Below are positions 12,190 through 25,657 of a DNA stretch of 64,000 nt, in pieces. Within the stretch, counting starts at the first letter, position 1. Each line of letters begins with the position of its first letter. Both the position numbers and the translations under genes were made by a program. Under the pieces are notes generated by a model, which was given only the letters and a program-made list of their open reading frames with translations, was not told the origin of the DNA and did no database searches. Source of the stretch: Camelus dromedarius (taxonomy: Eukaryota); assembly GCF_036321535.1 (NCBI RefSeq), contig NC_087436.1, positions 111,168,001 to 111,232,000 of the forward strand, in the 5' to 3' direction.

Positions 12190-12970
12190 AAAGGGGTATA
12201 CTTTCAGTTATAAGATTCTAAGTTCTATTATGTGTAAAGGAAGGGAGGGAGGGAGGAAGGAAAAATAAGTTCCTGAGACCTAATGTAAAACATGGTGATT
12301 ACAGCTGATCACTATTATATCACTGAAATTTGCTGAGAGTAGAACTTAAATTTTCTCACTTAAAAAAAAAAGATAAATATATGAGGATGCATTAATCATC
12401 TAGTTGAGACCAGGAGCAGGGACAGAATCCTAGAAACAACAAAAAAAGAATTAATATATGACCCAGAAATCTCATTTCTAGAAATACACCCCCAAAGAAC
12501 TGAAAACAGCTACTCAGACAAACACATCTTATAGCATCACTAGTCACAATAGTCAAAGGGTGGAAACAGCCCAAATATCCTTCAAGGGATGAATGGCTAT
12601 ATACATAAAATGGAATACTGTTCAGCAGTAAAACGGAATGAAGTACTGACATAAGCCACAACATAAATGAGCCTTGAAAACAAGCTAAGTGAAAGAAAGC
12701 AGACACAGGGTCACACACTTTATGATTCCATTTATACGAAATATCCAGAAGAGTTAGATCCATAGAGACAAAATGCACACTGGTGGTTGTCAGGGGCTAG
12801 AAAATCGACAGCAACTGCCTAATGGGTAGTTTCCTTTTGGTATGAGGAAAATGTCTTAAAAATTAGATAGAAGCAGTGGTTGAACTATCTTGTTAATGTA
12901 CTGTCAATGAATTGCTCACTCTAAAATTGTTAGTTTATGCTATGTCAATTTCACCTGAATAAAAAAATTT
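12190..12970 (+). mobile_element. Old L1 (L1MA/L1MB-like) 3'UTR fragments
   Basis: atatgacccagaaatctcatttctagaaatacacccc...aatttcacctgaataaaaaaa, typical of L1M 3' ends. Confidence 0.7.
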
Positions 12971-13381
12971 AGAATTTAAATGTTTATATATGGTATAAAA
13001 ATGTAGTTCATGACAACCTTAAGGAAAGAGATTAATCACACACTGTATTTTAGAACTTCCACTTACCTAATGTTAAAATTATTTTAGATTATTTAAGACT
13101 CCTGGGGAAAAAACTTTTAAGTCATAGATCACAAAGACAGAGAAAAAAAAGATGAAAAAGTAACAACACCCCAATAGTCATTTCGTGCTTGTTTACATGT
13201 CAATTCTCTATACATGTAATTTGATAGTAAGAAATGAGGTATATCAGAAGGGAAAGTAGGATTTAATTATGATATTCAAAAGGCAAACTGTTTAAATGTT
13301 GGCCAACATGAATTTCAGCCTAAAAATATACACATGCTGAAAATGACATTTCATAATAATAGGGCTACGATTATTTCTTAC

Positions 13382-13609
13382 CTCGCTATCTAAGAAATCA
13401 GAAAGTAGTCTCAAAACATTCTTGGCTGTAGCAGACTCTTCTTCAGATTCTTCTGACTCTTGCTCTTCATCAGTGTTTATTTCTGTCCCTTCATTTTGAA
13501 GGGCTTTGATTTTTTTAGTTTTGAATGGTTCAAATCCAAATGTCATCAGCTGGTCAAAGATTGCCTTTAAAGCACTTATTTTTATTGTCACATCATCAAT
13601 TTGCAAAAC
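13382..13609 (-). CDS. NCAPG: NCAPG exon 14
   Basis: tag|VLQIDDVTIKISALKAIFDQLMTFG...LLSDFLDSE|gtaag; 228 nt. Confidence 0.95.
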
Positions 13610-16600
13610 CTAAATTGAAACATCCCCCACCAAAAGTAAATTAAGTATACTTTTATTCTGTTTACACCACATGAAATTAACAAATATCTTATTCTTAGTC
13701 TAATTTCAACAACAGTAGCAGGTTTACGTAATATTTTTCAAAACAATTAAAATCTTCATTTTAAAGTTACAGTTTTTATTTATTTGTACCATAACATTTA
13801 GTTTTATTTCCTTCAGAAAAAGTTCATCTTCAGTCAAAAATATTCCTGAACTAGAGTCAAGCTGAATTATATTATTTGTCCCTTTCATATATTTAAAATG
13901 TACATGTTCAATTATGATTTTGTCATTTTTTAAGATCTAGAAAAACTGTTCAATATATTATAATTGTTAGGGGCCATCTATCAAGACAAAAACATTGCAT
14001 TCTAACTGATGAAAAACATTCATCAGAACATCAGTATTCCTCTAGGTTATGAAGTTTCATTAAAGATAAATTTTTCTTATTAGCTCAATATATTCAGATT
14101 TCATTAACAGTGAATTCAGCTTTGAATGAACTGAACTCCTTTATAAAAGGAAGTGAACCATAAAACCTAGCAGTTTTTATGTGTCTATCCTGAGTTAAGA
14201 AAACTGAATTCCTACATATCAAATTTCAAAGCTATGGAAAAAAAGAGTTGAATATTTCTCTTACGAAGAGATGTATTATATTCTAACTTAAATTTTGGTA
14301 ATTGACAAACTACTTGGCTATATAGCTTAGCCTTTAGAATAAATAAAAATCACCTTCAAGTTGGTCAAATTAAAGAATGAAGAAAAATGGCTCAAAATTA
14401 CAAAACTTCGAAGGAAATTTCAAGACACATCTATTTCACATTTTCTTATAGCAAAACTTGCATATCCACCAAAGTCAAATGCTTATTTATGAGAAGGTAC
14501 TGTCATGACTATTCTCTACAAATTCTAAACATGCTACTCTCTCAAGAGCATCTTGGTTTTTCACGCCCTGCCCAGTCCCTTACTGGATAGCAATAGTTCT
14601 CAATACTGGATATTTATTTAAGAAAGATTTTAAAATGAAATAATTTCCCTCTCCTCCCTTTCCAACAAATATGTATATATTTCTTAAATCAATTTTTATT
14701 ACTGAAACTGGATTAAAAAAAGAACTGATTTCTTACTCCTCCAAAATACAGCTCTTTTCCCTTCATCTAAAATCTTTCAATGATAGTCGTGAAAATATCT
14801 TTATAAAGATAATTCAATAACCATTCAGTGGTTAACTTCTGTTGATTGTGAACCCCTTTGAGGACCTGATAAAAGCTTAAAACTCTACTCAAGAATAACA
14901 TACAAAACAGGCAAAATTCCACATAAAATTTATTTTACTGCATTTGTATATAGTATCTTTCACAAAAATTTTTAATTTACAAAATTATATCTATCTTTTT
15001 CAGACATTCTGAAAAAAAGTTCAGAGATAAAAGTTGCTTAAAGTTAAAAAAAAAAAGGAAAGGTAAACTTTAATTTTTAAAAATTTTAATTCCATGACAA
15101 AGCTGCTATTGACTGTTTTGATCTGAAAGAAGGTACAATTATGGTTTGGTCTTGAACATTCATTTATCTTTCACATGAACTTGATTTTGACAATTCCTTT
15201 TCATTACAGAAAATTCTACAGGAGCAGAGAGTATCAAAGCTCCTACAGCTTTCTCTGTCAAGTGGGGGATGAGTTAGTACTAAATCACTCCCCAGTGCTC
15301 TAGGACACTCTCAAGCACTAAATTCTTATTACATTTCTTCTGTCTGAAATGACCAAAATACTTATTACTGACGTTATGTCAACAAAAATTAAAAATATCA
15401 AAATCCACATTTCGTCTTTAAAGGTCACGTGAACTTACATATTTTTGGAAAGAGTTCTACAGTATTTCTTTTGCTGTAGAACTAGAAATTCTGCACAGTT
15501 GTCTACCTCCAATCTCCTCCGTCAAGACTTCTAACTTGATTACAACAACTTACAATTTTTCAGAAGCATTCATAATGGTATATAGGGCTTCGTAAGGAAT
15601 GTTTCACCCCGTTTTTAGAGCCCAAAACACTTCTACACTTAGTAAACTAGAAATAAATGAACTCTTCACTATCAAATGTTCTAGTAAGATTTTTCTTTCA
15701 TTTAAAAAAAAAGTAATGACCAAGGGTCAGCCTAGCAGTTCACAATCCATCCTCTAGAAAACCAGGAAACTGAAATAGAGAACCCACTGTTTTAATTTCT
15801 TAGCAAAAAAAAAAAAAAAGAAGACTCACTGAAAATGTAGGATTTTATTTCCTAGGCATCTATAAAGCCAATAAATTTCACAATAGTAAACGACTCCTTT
15901 TCGAATTAGTAGCAGAATCACTGATGCTAATACTTGGCTGATATAAGAAGAAATAACTCTGTATAACACAGGAAGATTCATTCTACATCTTGATGAATGA
16001 AGCAAAACCAGATGTATGGTGAAGCACTCTGAATGATTCATCTGAATTAAGTACCAAGATTTTTCTTCAGTTTGAAAAGAACACGTACACCATCTTAAAG
16101 ATAATAGTTTACATTCCAAGTTTCCAAAAAGATCTCAAAATACAGAAAATGTTCTTTGATAACAAGCATGGGATGATAAATATAAAAAAAAACAGCATTA
16201 GGAATTTAATCCTTGCACATTAAATGAATTGATTAGATGCCAAGGAAATTAAAACCCTGAAATTCCTAAAGATTGTCATTTGACAAAAGTATGGTTTTAA
16301 TTTTCTTCCTTTGACACAAGCCACAAGCAGTTTGACCATTTCCAAAACACATGACTACCAAGTTCTCTCTAATTGTGTATTCTCTTTTTCTTGGCAATGT
16401 CATAAGCAACACTAAAGGATGCTTCATTAATGTTGGGAGAAAAATCAGCTATTGGTTGACTTCAGTCTTTTAAAATAATCTTCATGAAAATGATAATCCA
16501 TGTCACATGTTATTTTCAAGGCGAACACACAAAGCACTCCCATCTACCTGTTGGTAGTTCACACTACAACTCCTTGCAGGTTTTTTATCCTATCACATTT

Positions 16601-16769
16601 GGCAACACCAAGATGCTACACAAATCACATTGTCTTTTTACATGGGGAAGTGAGGGGAGGTTTATTTTCCAATTAAAGCTAGGCCCAAATGTTAAAAACA
16701 GACAGCCAAAGAAGTTAAAAGGTCAAATGCATCCCCCGGGGCACCAGATTTAACCCCCCTTGTCTACCA

Positions 16770-18695
16770 GTAGCACTCTAGCAGCTCTTCTATCTTCCCT
16801 ATATTGTCAGTTTTTTCCTTTCAAATGGGTCATTCTCCTTAGGATACAAACATGCTATAATTTTCTCCATCTTAAGAAACATTCAAACAAAACCAAAAGA
16901 CTTTTCTTTTTACCCCATATTTCTCTTGCTACCACTCCAATTCTCTGTTACTCCTAACAAAATAAAATCGTGAAAGAGCAGTCTACACTGGCTGTCTCCA
17001 ATTCCTCTCCCTTAATTCTCACTTCAGCTCACTCCACGAGGCTTTGCCCTCCACATAAACTATTCACATGAAAGTCACCAAACACTTCCTTACTTGCCTA
17101 AAATGGTCCACTGTGAATCCTTATCAACTTGTCACCAGCATTAGACAGTTGGGTCATCCTAGTTTCTTGAAAAATCATCTTCATTTGCCTTCTAGGACAT
17201 CATACTCTCTCCTTACGGTCAACTTCACCCTAGTCTTTACTGCTTCTTCTTCAACCCCCTAACTTTTAATGTTGCCTGAGCCCCAGGGAACTACAAAGTT
17301 GAGATCTCTTCTCAATCTATAATCATTTGTCAGGTAACATCCAGTCTCTAGGCACTGGATACTATTATAGAATAAACTTCTAGATTCATCTCCCCAGCCT
17401 GGGCTTCTCTCCTATCTCCAAACTCAGATACAAATGCCTATTCAATATATCCACTTGAACCTCAAACTTCAAACTTACCATGCCCCAAACTGGACTCCTA
17501 TTTCACCCACCTGCCATAAAACCTATCCCTCTGTTTCCCCCTCACAGGAAAGAGCAGTTCCATCTTTTCTGTTATTCTGGACAAAATCCTCAGTTTTATT
17601 CCACTTCCTTCTCTCACATGCCACATCAGACTCCTCAGCAAATTCTACAGACATCATCTCCAAATTTATATTACCACTTCTCATGACTCCCATAAGCACA
17701 ACACTGGTCCAAGTCACCATGATCTCTTTCCTGGATTATTGTAGTATCTTCCTTACGTAGGACCTTCTCTGCTTTCGAATGTGTATCCCTATAGTTAATA
17801 TTAGGGATCTGCAAACTATGACTCATTGGCCAAATCCTGTCTGCTGCCTGTTTTATACTGCCTCCAAGGGAAGAACAGTTGTACATTTTTAAATGGTTAA
17901 AAAATAACATCTCATCATATGCTAAAATTATATGAAATTCAAATTTCAGGGTCCATAAATAAAGCTTTATTGAACTACAATCATTCTTATTCGTTTATGT
18001 ATCATCTATGGATGTTTTCACACTATCACAGCAGAGATGTAGTTCAGACAGACCATATGGTCTAAAGTCCGTATTTTACTCTCTAGCCCTTTATAGAAAA
18101 GGTTTCCCAACCCTTGGTCTACACCAACATTTCATCCAGTCAGATTATAAAAATCCTCTACTCAAAATTTTCCCATTCCTTCCCATCTCATTCGCTGTGA
18201 AAGCTACATCTTTACAGACTGTAAGTCTCTAGAAGACATGGTTGTTCTGCTGTCTGCAAACCCATTCTCCTACTAGTCTCCCTTTGCCCAGTCTGACCTA
18301 GCCATATGAGCTCCTGCTCCTTGAACACAAGAAGCAGAGGCCTACTGCAGGGCCCCTTCCCCGCTCTTCCCTCTCTTTGGAAACGTCTTACCAAGATATC
18401 TACATGGCTCATTCTCATTTCCCTCTGGTAATGGCTCAAATTTTGACTTATTAGTAAGGTCTTTCTCAGTCAAACTGCTCCCTCTCCCTATTCCCAGTCT
18501 TCATTCCCCTTCTCTGCTTTATCTTTTTTCTGTCTGACATACTATATATTGTTCATTTTTCATCATATGTTTCTTCTTCTAAAATGTAAGCTCTCTTAGG
18601 ACAGCAACTTTTGGTTTTTTCATTACCTATCTTATTTTTTTTTCTAAGTCTAGAATAATGCTGGGCATTTAATACGCATTCAATAAATATCTGCT
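16770..18695 (+). mobile_element. LINE-2 (L2a-like) fragment interrupted by a MER58
   Basis: C/T-rich L2-like body ending tagaataatgctgggcat...cattcaataaatatc. Confidence 0.7.
17802..18116 (+). mobile_element. MER58B-like hAT-Charlie element
   Basis: Ends tagggatctgcaaactatg ... gtttcccaacccttg, with characteristic internal motifs. Confidence 0.75.
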
Positions 18696-18922
18696 ACATA
18701 ATTAATCTTAAAAATACCTTTAATAACTGACATTTCATCTTTTGTCTACAAAGAAGTTTTAATAAAAAAATCAAAAGATAAAAATCAAGTCCCTAAAAGT
18801 CATCCATAATTATCATCATTGTCAGTAAGCCCTGGAATAGATTAAATTTATAATACTGGCATTATCACCATAGATTTATTTAAGGCAGTAGAATCAAGAT
18901 TTTATCAAAAGATAAATCCTAC

Positions 18923-19042
18923 CTGCAATAGTAATACAAAATGTTTACTTGCAAAATCCTGATTCTGTAGTCCACAGCATCCCAAGCACAAAACAGCCAG
19001 ATTTCTTACTATAGGATGAACACTTATTATTCCAGGAAGAAT
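18923..19042 (-). CDS. NCAPG: NCAPG exon 13
   Basis: tttag|ILPGIISVHPIVRNLAVLCLGCCGLQNQDFASKHFVLLLQ|gtagg; 120 nt. Confidence 0.95.
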
Positions 19043-19439
19043 CTAAAATGAATTAGAAATTAAAATAATTTTGATCAGGACAAGATATTTATAATAGTAT
19101 ATTAAAAAGTTGGTTAAAATGATAATTTCCGTATATTTCACAGATCTACTTCATTTCTACATTGTTTATTAACTCAAAGAAGTTAATTTCTGGTTTAAAA
19201 AAAGGTAATATTAAATTACTAAAACAGAAGAACAGAGCAAAATACACTCTGATCATGAGATACCTTCCCTCCATCCGCCAAAACTGACTCAATGGTTTCC
19301 CAATGCCCTCAGAAAAGATGAAAATCCTTAACATGACATATCATATACCCCATTGTGCAGTCCTTCCCAGTATTATCTTATACCATGCTATCCCTTGCTC
19401 TTTGCTTATTCAGTTGATCTGATTTCAATGCCTCTTATT

Positions 19440-19752
19440 CAATGCTGTCCACAAGAAGTATAATGCAAGACACATGTCATTTTAAATATTCTAGTAGCCA
19501 CATTATAAAGTAAAAAGAAACAGGTGAAACTAATTTTAATATATTTTATTTTACTCAGTATAAATAAAACATCAATGCAACATGTAGTCAATATTTAAAA
19601 GCTGAGATAATTTACATTCTGTTGTTTCTACTAAGTCTTTGAATCCAACATATTTTTACATTTCTAGCACATCTTAGTTTGGACCAGTTTTTAATAGCCA
19701 CAGGTTTGTAATATCCACATGTGGCTGATGGCTACCATATTGGAGAGAGTGG
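19440..19752 (+). mobile_element. MER33/MER3-like hAT MITE
   Basis: caatgctgtccacaagaagtataatgc...catgtggctgatggctaccatattgga. Confidence 0.7.
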
Positions 19753-20568
19753 GTCTAGATCATTCATCCCTCTAAATATCTACTCAAATATCAGCTCAAG
19801 GACACCTTCCATGAACAAATGAAATCCCACTATCATAAGTTCACATATGACCATACAGCTCTTCTTCATAGCAATCATCAATGACTTAAGCTTTCCTTTT
19901 TTGATTGATATCCCTCCTCACCTGACCAGAGGATCCACAAGGGCAGTCTACATGTATTTTGTATACCATGTATAGTCTATCCCCAACATTGAGAATACAG
20001 TAGATATTCAATAAATATTTGTTCACTTAAAATTTATGATTTGTATTTAAAGTACAGTAATTTCATTAAAATATTATAACTCCTCTATCTAAATATCTTA
20101 CTCATTTACATCCCTCTAAAATCATTATGACTATTCAATTTTGTATTCTTTCTTCCCTGGGTACTGCATGTTTTCCCACATATATTTAAGTCCTCATATG
20201 TATTACAATTGTGTAATTATTAATTATCATAATTTATCATTCTCTTGCAATAGGACCAGACATAAAGCACAAAAGTAGAACTTTAAAAGCATCACTTTTC
20301 ACTACAGACATCTGCTTCATTAAAAATAAAACTGAATTCTAATAGTTTAATAGATCCAGCTTTAAATAGCTCTAGACTGTTGTGAACAGTAATTAGTCCT
20401 CTTTACTACATTTAGAAACTCATGACAACCCAAGGAACTAGATTTTAGATCATAGTCTTTGGCTGTTTTCCACTAATCCCAAGTAAAAACAATTTGGAGA
20501 GAATCCAGGAAGAGTTTAGATACATTCAGTATTTGCTAAGTTGCACTATTAAAAAAAATATTCTAAAG

Positions 20569-20851
20569 CTGCATGTCTAATACTGTAGCCACTGACCACA
20601 AGTGGCTACTGAACACTGGAAATGTGACTAGTCCAGACTGAGATGTACTTTAAGACTTAGTATGAAGAACAGAATGTAAAATATCTCAGTAGTTTTAAAA
20701 CTGAGTAAAAGATGAAATCATAATATTGGGGGTATATGAGTTAAATATATTAAAATAAATTTCATGTGTTCCTTTTTAATTTTTTAAACGTGGCAACTAG
20801 AAAATTTAAAGTTACATGTGGTTTGCATTATATTTCTACCAGACAATGTTG
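20569..20851 (-). mobile_element. MER33/MER3-like hAT MITE, inverted relative to the 19440 copy
   Basis: Reverse-complement match to the same family; flanked by ttctaaag (20561) and ttctagag (20852), a 7/8 TSD match. Confidence 0.75.
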
Positions 20852-21192
20852 TTCTAGAGGCTTTCAGTATTTATGCCCCTCTGGTCAGTTAAATGGAGAT
20901 TATCTATGAAGGGTTACTTTAGTAAAAACTCTTTTAAATATATAGTAACAAACAAATTCCTTTCACAGGGCTTAAAATGTAATCTTATAGTCCTTCTATG
21001 TTAGGAAGATTCTGGTACATAAGTATTCCTGATGTGTCTACTTCCTCTTACCATTCAAAAAATGAAGATATCCTGCATCTCTTTCCAGCATAAAATAATT
21101 TTTTCAAAGTTTCTTAAGGAATAATTATAACTTATATACCAGCTCCTTTACATGCATTATCTTAATTTAATCCTCACAATATGAAGCAGCCA

Positions 21193-21237
21193 CTATATAT
21201 ATATGTATGTGTATATACTATATATATATATATATAT
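21193..21237. repeat. (TA)n imperfect microsatellite
   Basis: Read directly from the sequence. Confidence 0.85.
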
Positions 21238-21368
21238 TTTTTTTACCATTTATATTTATCAGATGTTAAAAATGGTCTTTTCATTCTTATGAACTCCAAA
21301 GAATATTATTACTTATAAAAAGAGGAAGGACTGGGCTAAAATAAAGCCTCAAAGGGCACCAAACATAC

Positions 21369-21479
21369 CAAGGATTCAATGATGCCATTCATGGTTGCAC
21401 CTATACCTGCTGAAGTAGACATCTGCTTCAACAGTTCATGGCACAAAATAAGACACTTTTGTAGCGTTTCAGCATCATT
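21369..21479 (-). CDS. NCAPG: NCAPG exon 12
   Basis: tttag|NDAETLQKCLILCHELLKQMSTSAGIGATMNGIIESL|gtatgt; 111 nt. Confidence 0.95.
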
Positions 21480-22283
21480 CTAAAATGGAACACAAAATAT
21501 TCAGCATTAGTAAGAATATCTTCCATCTGTCCCTTGAATGTTTGCTTTTCAGGGCTTTTTGTCTAAGCCATGGTGTCTCTATATACATTCCCTGCACAAC
21601 CTTATCCAGCCATACAACTCCATTTACTATTTATGAGCTAGTCCAACTATTTTCTAAGTTTCAGATTCATATATACAACTGCCATAACTGACATTTCCCT
21701 CTTGTATGCTCCACAGGCTTCTTAATGTCTAGAAGTCTATCAAATACAACTGTTAAAAAAGACAGCTGAAAGCTTTAAACGTTGCTAGGTATATAACTTC
21801 AGTATTTCATTTCAATAAGAAAATTTCTAAAAACAAAAGAGTAATTAAACTTTAAAAAATATGTGTATGATGGTATTGTTACCATAGAAATTATTTTCCC
21901 AACATCAGAAAGGTCATGAGTCTTCCATACACAAGGGAAAGATGCATTTTCCTTTTCTAAACCATTCAAGACAAAAACAAACAGAAGGAAACCACTGGAA
22001 GGCAAGTTTCCCTGGCAAGGAAGAAAGACTTTAGATTCCAGAGATTTGCATGACAAGGGAGCAAATCAACTAAAGTCCTAGCTACAATAATTAAAGTTCA
22101 ATGAAGTCTTTCACAGTCCAAAATAAAAAGGAACAGGCAGAAAAATATTATTTTCATATTAATTCATGGTACTGTTAAAAATCCCTCTGAAGTGAATATA
22201 TTCTGGTAGCTAAGTTAAGAAAACAAGGTTCAGCTGAGATGATTACTAACAGCAGAAAATTAACGTGAAAAAGTTATCTATAC

Positions 22284-22463
22284 CTTCTCTATGTGGACTT
22301 CTTTAATTTCAAGTTGCTCTGTCTCTTTCAGTAGGTTTATTTTGGCATCTTCTAATGCTTTTATTTCTTCTTTTAATTCTGATGCTTGATTAAAATCCTG
22401 TAAGGCAATGCAATTTTCCAAAGCTTCTTTTGCCTCAATAAGTTTAACTTTTATTTCCGCCAT
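22284..22463 (-). CDS. NCAPG: NCAPG exon 11
   Basis: ttag|MAEIKVKLIEAKEALENC...KEVHIEK|gtata; 180 nt. Confidence 0.95.
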
Positions 22464-22786
22464 CTAAGAAAAGATATAAATTGTGGAAACATCAAACAAA
22501 AACTATTAATATGAAAATATAGCGAACTAAAGAGTATTATTTAACATCTCAAATGTCCAGACGTTAAGCAGTCAGGCACGTACAAAGTTGCAGTCTTCCT
22601 GAAACAGAGATTGGCAAATCTTTCAGACTGACACAGCCTGATAACATTGTAGATACTCTTGTAGTTTAATAGTTAATCAATAATTGACTTTGTGGGGACA
22701 ATTTTGAAAATGTACAACAAGGCGAAATAAAAGACTTGCATAATTACATTATATTCAAGCATTTCTTTAATTTAGAAGAGAGTTAC

Positions 22787-22876
22787 CTTGAGTTCTTTCT
22801 TTCTTGCATCAGCTGGATCATTATTAGCACCAACATTAAGAATGGGTGCCCGAATCTCTGAGATAATTTCTGTAAC
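22787..22876 (-). CDS. NCAPG: NCAPG exon 10
   Basis: cag|VTEIISEIRAPILNVGANNDPADARKKELK|gtaac; 90 nt. Confidence 0.94.
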
Positions 22877-24052
22877 CTGATAAGTTATAATTCAGAATAC
22901 AAGCTTTAATACGTGTTATATAACAGAAAATGCCATCAAACTGCTTTGTAAAACTCCAAGCAGTATCCATAATCTCTTGAAAAATAGAGCAAAATATACA
23001 AGCAAAAGAGGCACACATTCTATTTGTTAGACAATTTTAGAAGGAAAAAAAAAAAGACCAAACAATACATATGACTAAAACCCCTAATATGGTAAACAAG
23101 CACACGAACACAAAATAAATTCTCTCATTTAGTGCTTGAAACAGAAAACAAAAAAGCATCTAATCTTAGGCAGCATAAAACTAAAATTTCCTGCCTAAAA
23201 TCCTCAACTTCCTCCCTTGTTCAGCTCCAATGAGAGTTAAATATAATTAGAATACTCTTTTATTCTTCCTTTGGGTATACAATGCATAAATAATGACCGC
23301 AAACTAAACACATTCCTTTCAGAGCCACTGGGCATTGGAGTTGGCCAATTCAGGAAAATGAAAGATACCTTAAGCAGATGCTGGATAACCACTAACTGAG
23401 AATGCTGTAGAAGGGATTTAAGTCTATGTATAAGGAAAGGCTCGAAAAGACAACCTCTGAACTAACTTGCAATACCAAGACTAAATGATTTTAAGAAAAT
23501 CAATGATAACGGGTATTTCTTTTTAGGCTACTCTCGAGAATATAACAGTTGAATAAAGTAATATAATAGACAATATTTATCTCTGTATTTACCAAGGACT
23601 TTATGAACATTATTTCATTGGACAGTGAAAGGTAGGTTTTGTTGTTATTCTTATTTTGCAGACAGGTAAAAATTCTAAATTAAATATGTTGGGCAAAGTC
23701 ACAAAACCAGAAAAGTATCCAAGGGGATCTGAACCCAGGTATGTAAAATTCAGCCAGTTCTCAAACATTTTAGCAACCAATGCATATGTTTCACCACTTC
23801 CCTAACCTGCTTCCATTTCAAACTGATTCAACACAATGACAGGGATGGTAAGAGAAGAAAGGAGATGTTTTTAAAAGTGTGTGTGAGAAAGACAGAGTTG
23901 GTTTTAAGAAGTTTAAAAACTCGATAAAGAGGCAGAACTAAAACAAAGGCAGTTAAAGACAAAGTCAAAAGTACTAAAAAGAAAATAAGACAATCCTCAA
24001 TGTTATTGACAAAAACCTTTTACCTTCATCAACAATAAAGAAAATTACTCAC

Positions 24053-24176
24053 AATTTGTGTTCTCTTATTATCATCTATAATGATGTGGAGCAGTCTCTC
24101 AACGAGAAAAGAAATTAGGGATATCGGGGTGGTGGGTAGAGTAAGAATCTCCTGTAAAAGAGCCAGCAGTCGTTTC
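24053..24176 (-). CDS. NCAPG: NCAPG exon 9
   Basis: cag|G, KRLLALLQEILTLPTTPISLISFLVERLLHIIIDDNKRTQI|gtgagt; 124 nt. Confidence 0.94.
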
Positions 24177-24779
24177 CTGCATTCAGAAAGAATTATTTTA
24201 TTTTAAATATGACAGTAGAAACACATTTTATCTCTAATATTTCAACTATTCTGCAGGCTTAATTACATTTGTCTTAGTTCTTTTTTATATTTACCACTAA
24301 AGGCACAAAAATATGTATAGACTTTATATCAAAAATTCACATTCTAGAAAAAAAATTTATAAATGACCCTATAATCTTTCATAAATCAACATGATGAAAT
24401 AACAAAATACCATAACTGAATCAAATCTTTTAGAATGTACTTATTTCAGAGAGGTTTAGTAATAGTAATAGAGATTTTTAAGCAAAAACCTACAATTTTA
24501 TTGATTTATTCTGAAGAAATTGAATTAGAAACTCACTTCCATATGTATGCATACATATACATTCATATTTAGAGAAAAAGGGACAGGATGTATTTCCTCT
24601 GATATATTCCATATATATATATTTTATATGTATCTATACATTCCTGTTATCTAAGAGGAAAAAGAAAACTTCATATAGCACTTTAGAAACCTAGGTTAAA
24701 TATATTTAATCATATTGTAACAATTCTATATTTCAATACAGAAAATCAAATTAGAACAAGAGTTAACATTTACACGTAC

Positions 24780-24920
24780 CTTCCTCCTTCTTCACTGGTA
24801 TCCAAAGACTTGATAATTAGAATCAATTGTTGACCTATGAATTCTTTTGTCATCAAATTGCCAATATAGGAAAAATCACCTCTCTGTTCATCATTAACAA
24901 CTGGAATGCTCTGAATATAA
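24780..24920 (-). CDS. NCAPG: NCAPG exon 8
   Basis: ttttag|T, YIQSIPVVNDEQRGDFSYIGNLMTKEFIGQQLILIIKSLDTSEEGG, AG|gtacgt; 141 nt. Confidence 0.94.
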
Positions 24921-25621
24921 CTAAAACAAGCACAATTAAGAAAATGTAGAAACTGTTAAGAAACATTAAACAGCTCCCCATTAAGTCAGAAAAGGATGAT
25001 TGTCTGCTCCTATCAGTCCAAAAATGTAGATATTTATACCATGTTAAACTTATTTGGTCTATAGAGTAAGTTCTATGCTATTGTCATGAATTTTGCAAAC
25101 TTAATGGCTTGATTCAAAAGAATTTGGAAACTATATTTCCATTAAAGATTCAAATTTCCTCTAGGAAATTTTCAAAAGGTACATATTTATGTCTCTTAAA
25201 ATAACTAATTACTCTAATGTCACTGTTTATCAATTATAAAGTTCTAAATTTCTTCTCCAAAAATCCAATTATTCAGAAAGAGCTAGTCTTCCCTGATCAT
25301 CCGTAATTAACCATCATTCTTTTGTTGAAAATAGTAGTGACAGTAATTACTTAAGTAATCCATGAATACAATGACCTTCAAAAAAGTCATAAAAATACAG
25401 ATAGCATCATGAGCTTGTATTATCCTTACTTATGGGCCCTACTAATCTCTGTATTGTTACTATTTTAGTGTAGGTGCTACTAAGCAAGAACCATCAGCTA
25501 CCCTTTTATTTCTACTATCACTGCTCAAATTACAGCCTTTTATTACCCTCACCTGGATAACATTCAAGAGCCTACCAGAAGGTCTCCTTTTTTGTATGGA
25601 ACCAAAAAATGCCACCTAAAG

Positions 25622-25657
25622 GCAGAATTAAGAGTTTAAGCAGAATTAAGAGTTTAA
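25622..25657. repeat. Perfect 18-bp tandem duplication
   Basis: gcagaattaagagtttaa x2. Confidence 0.9.
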
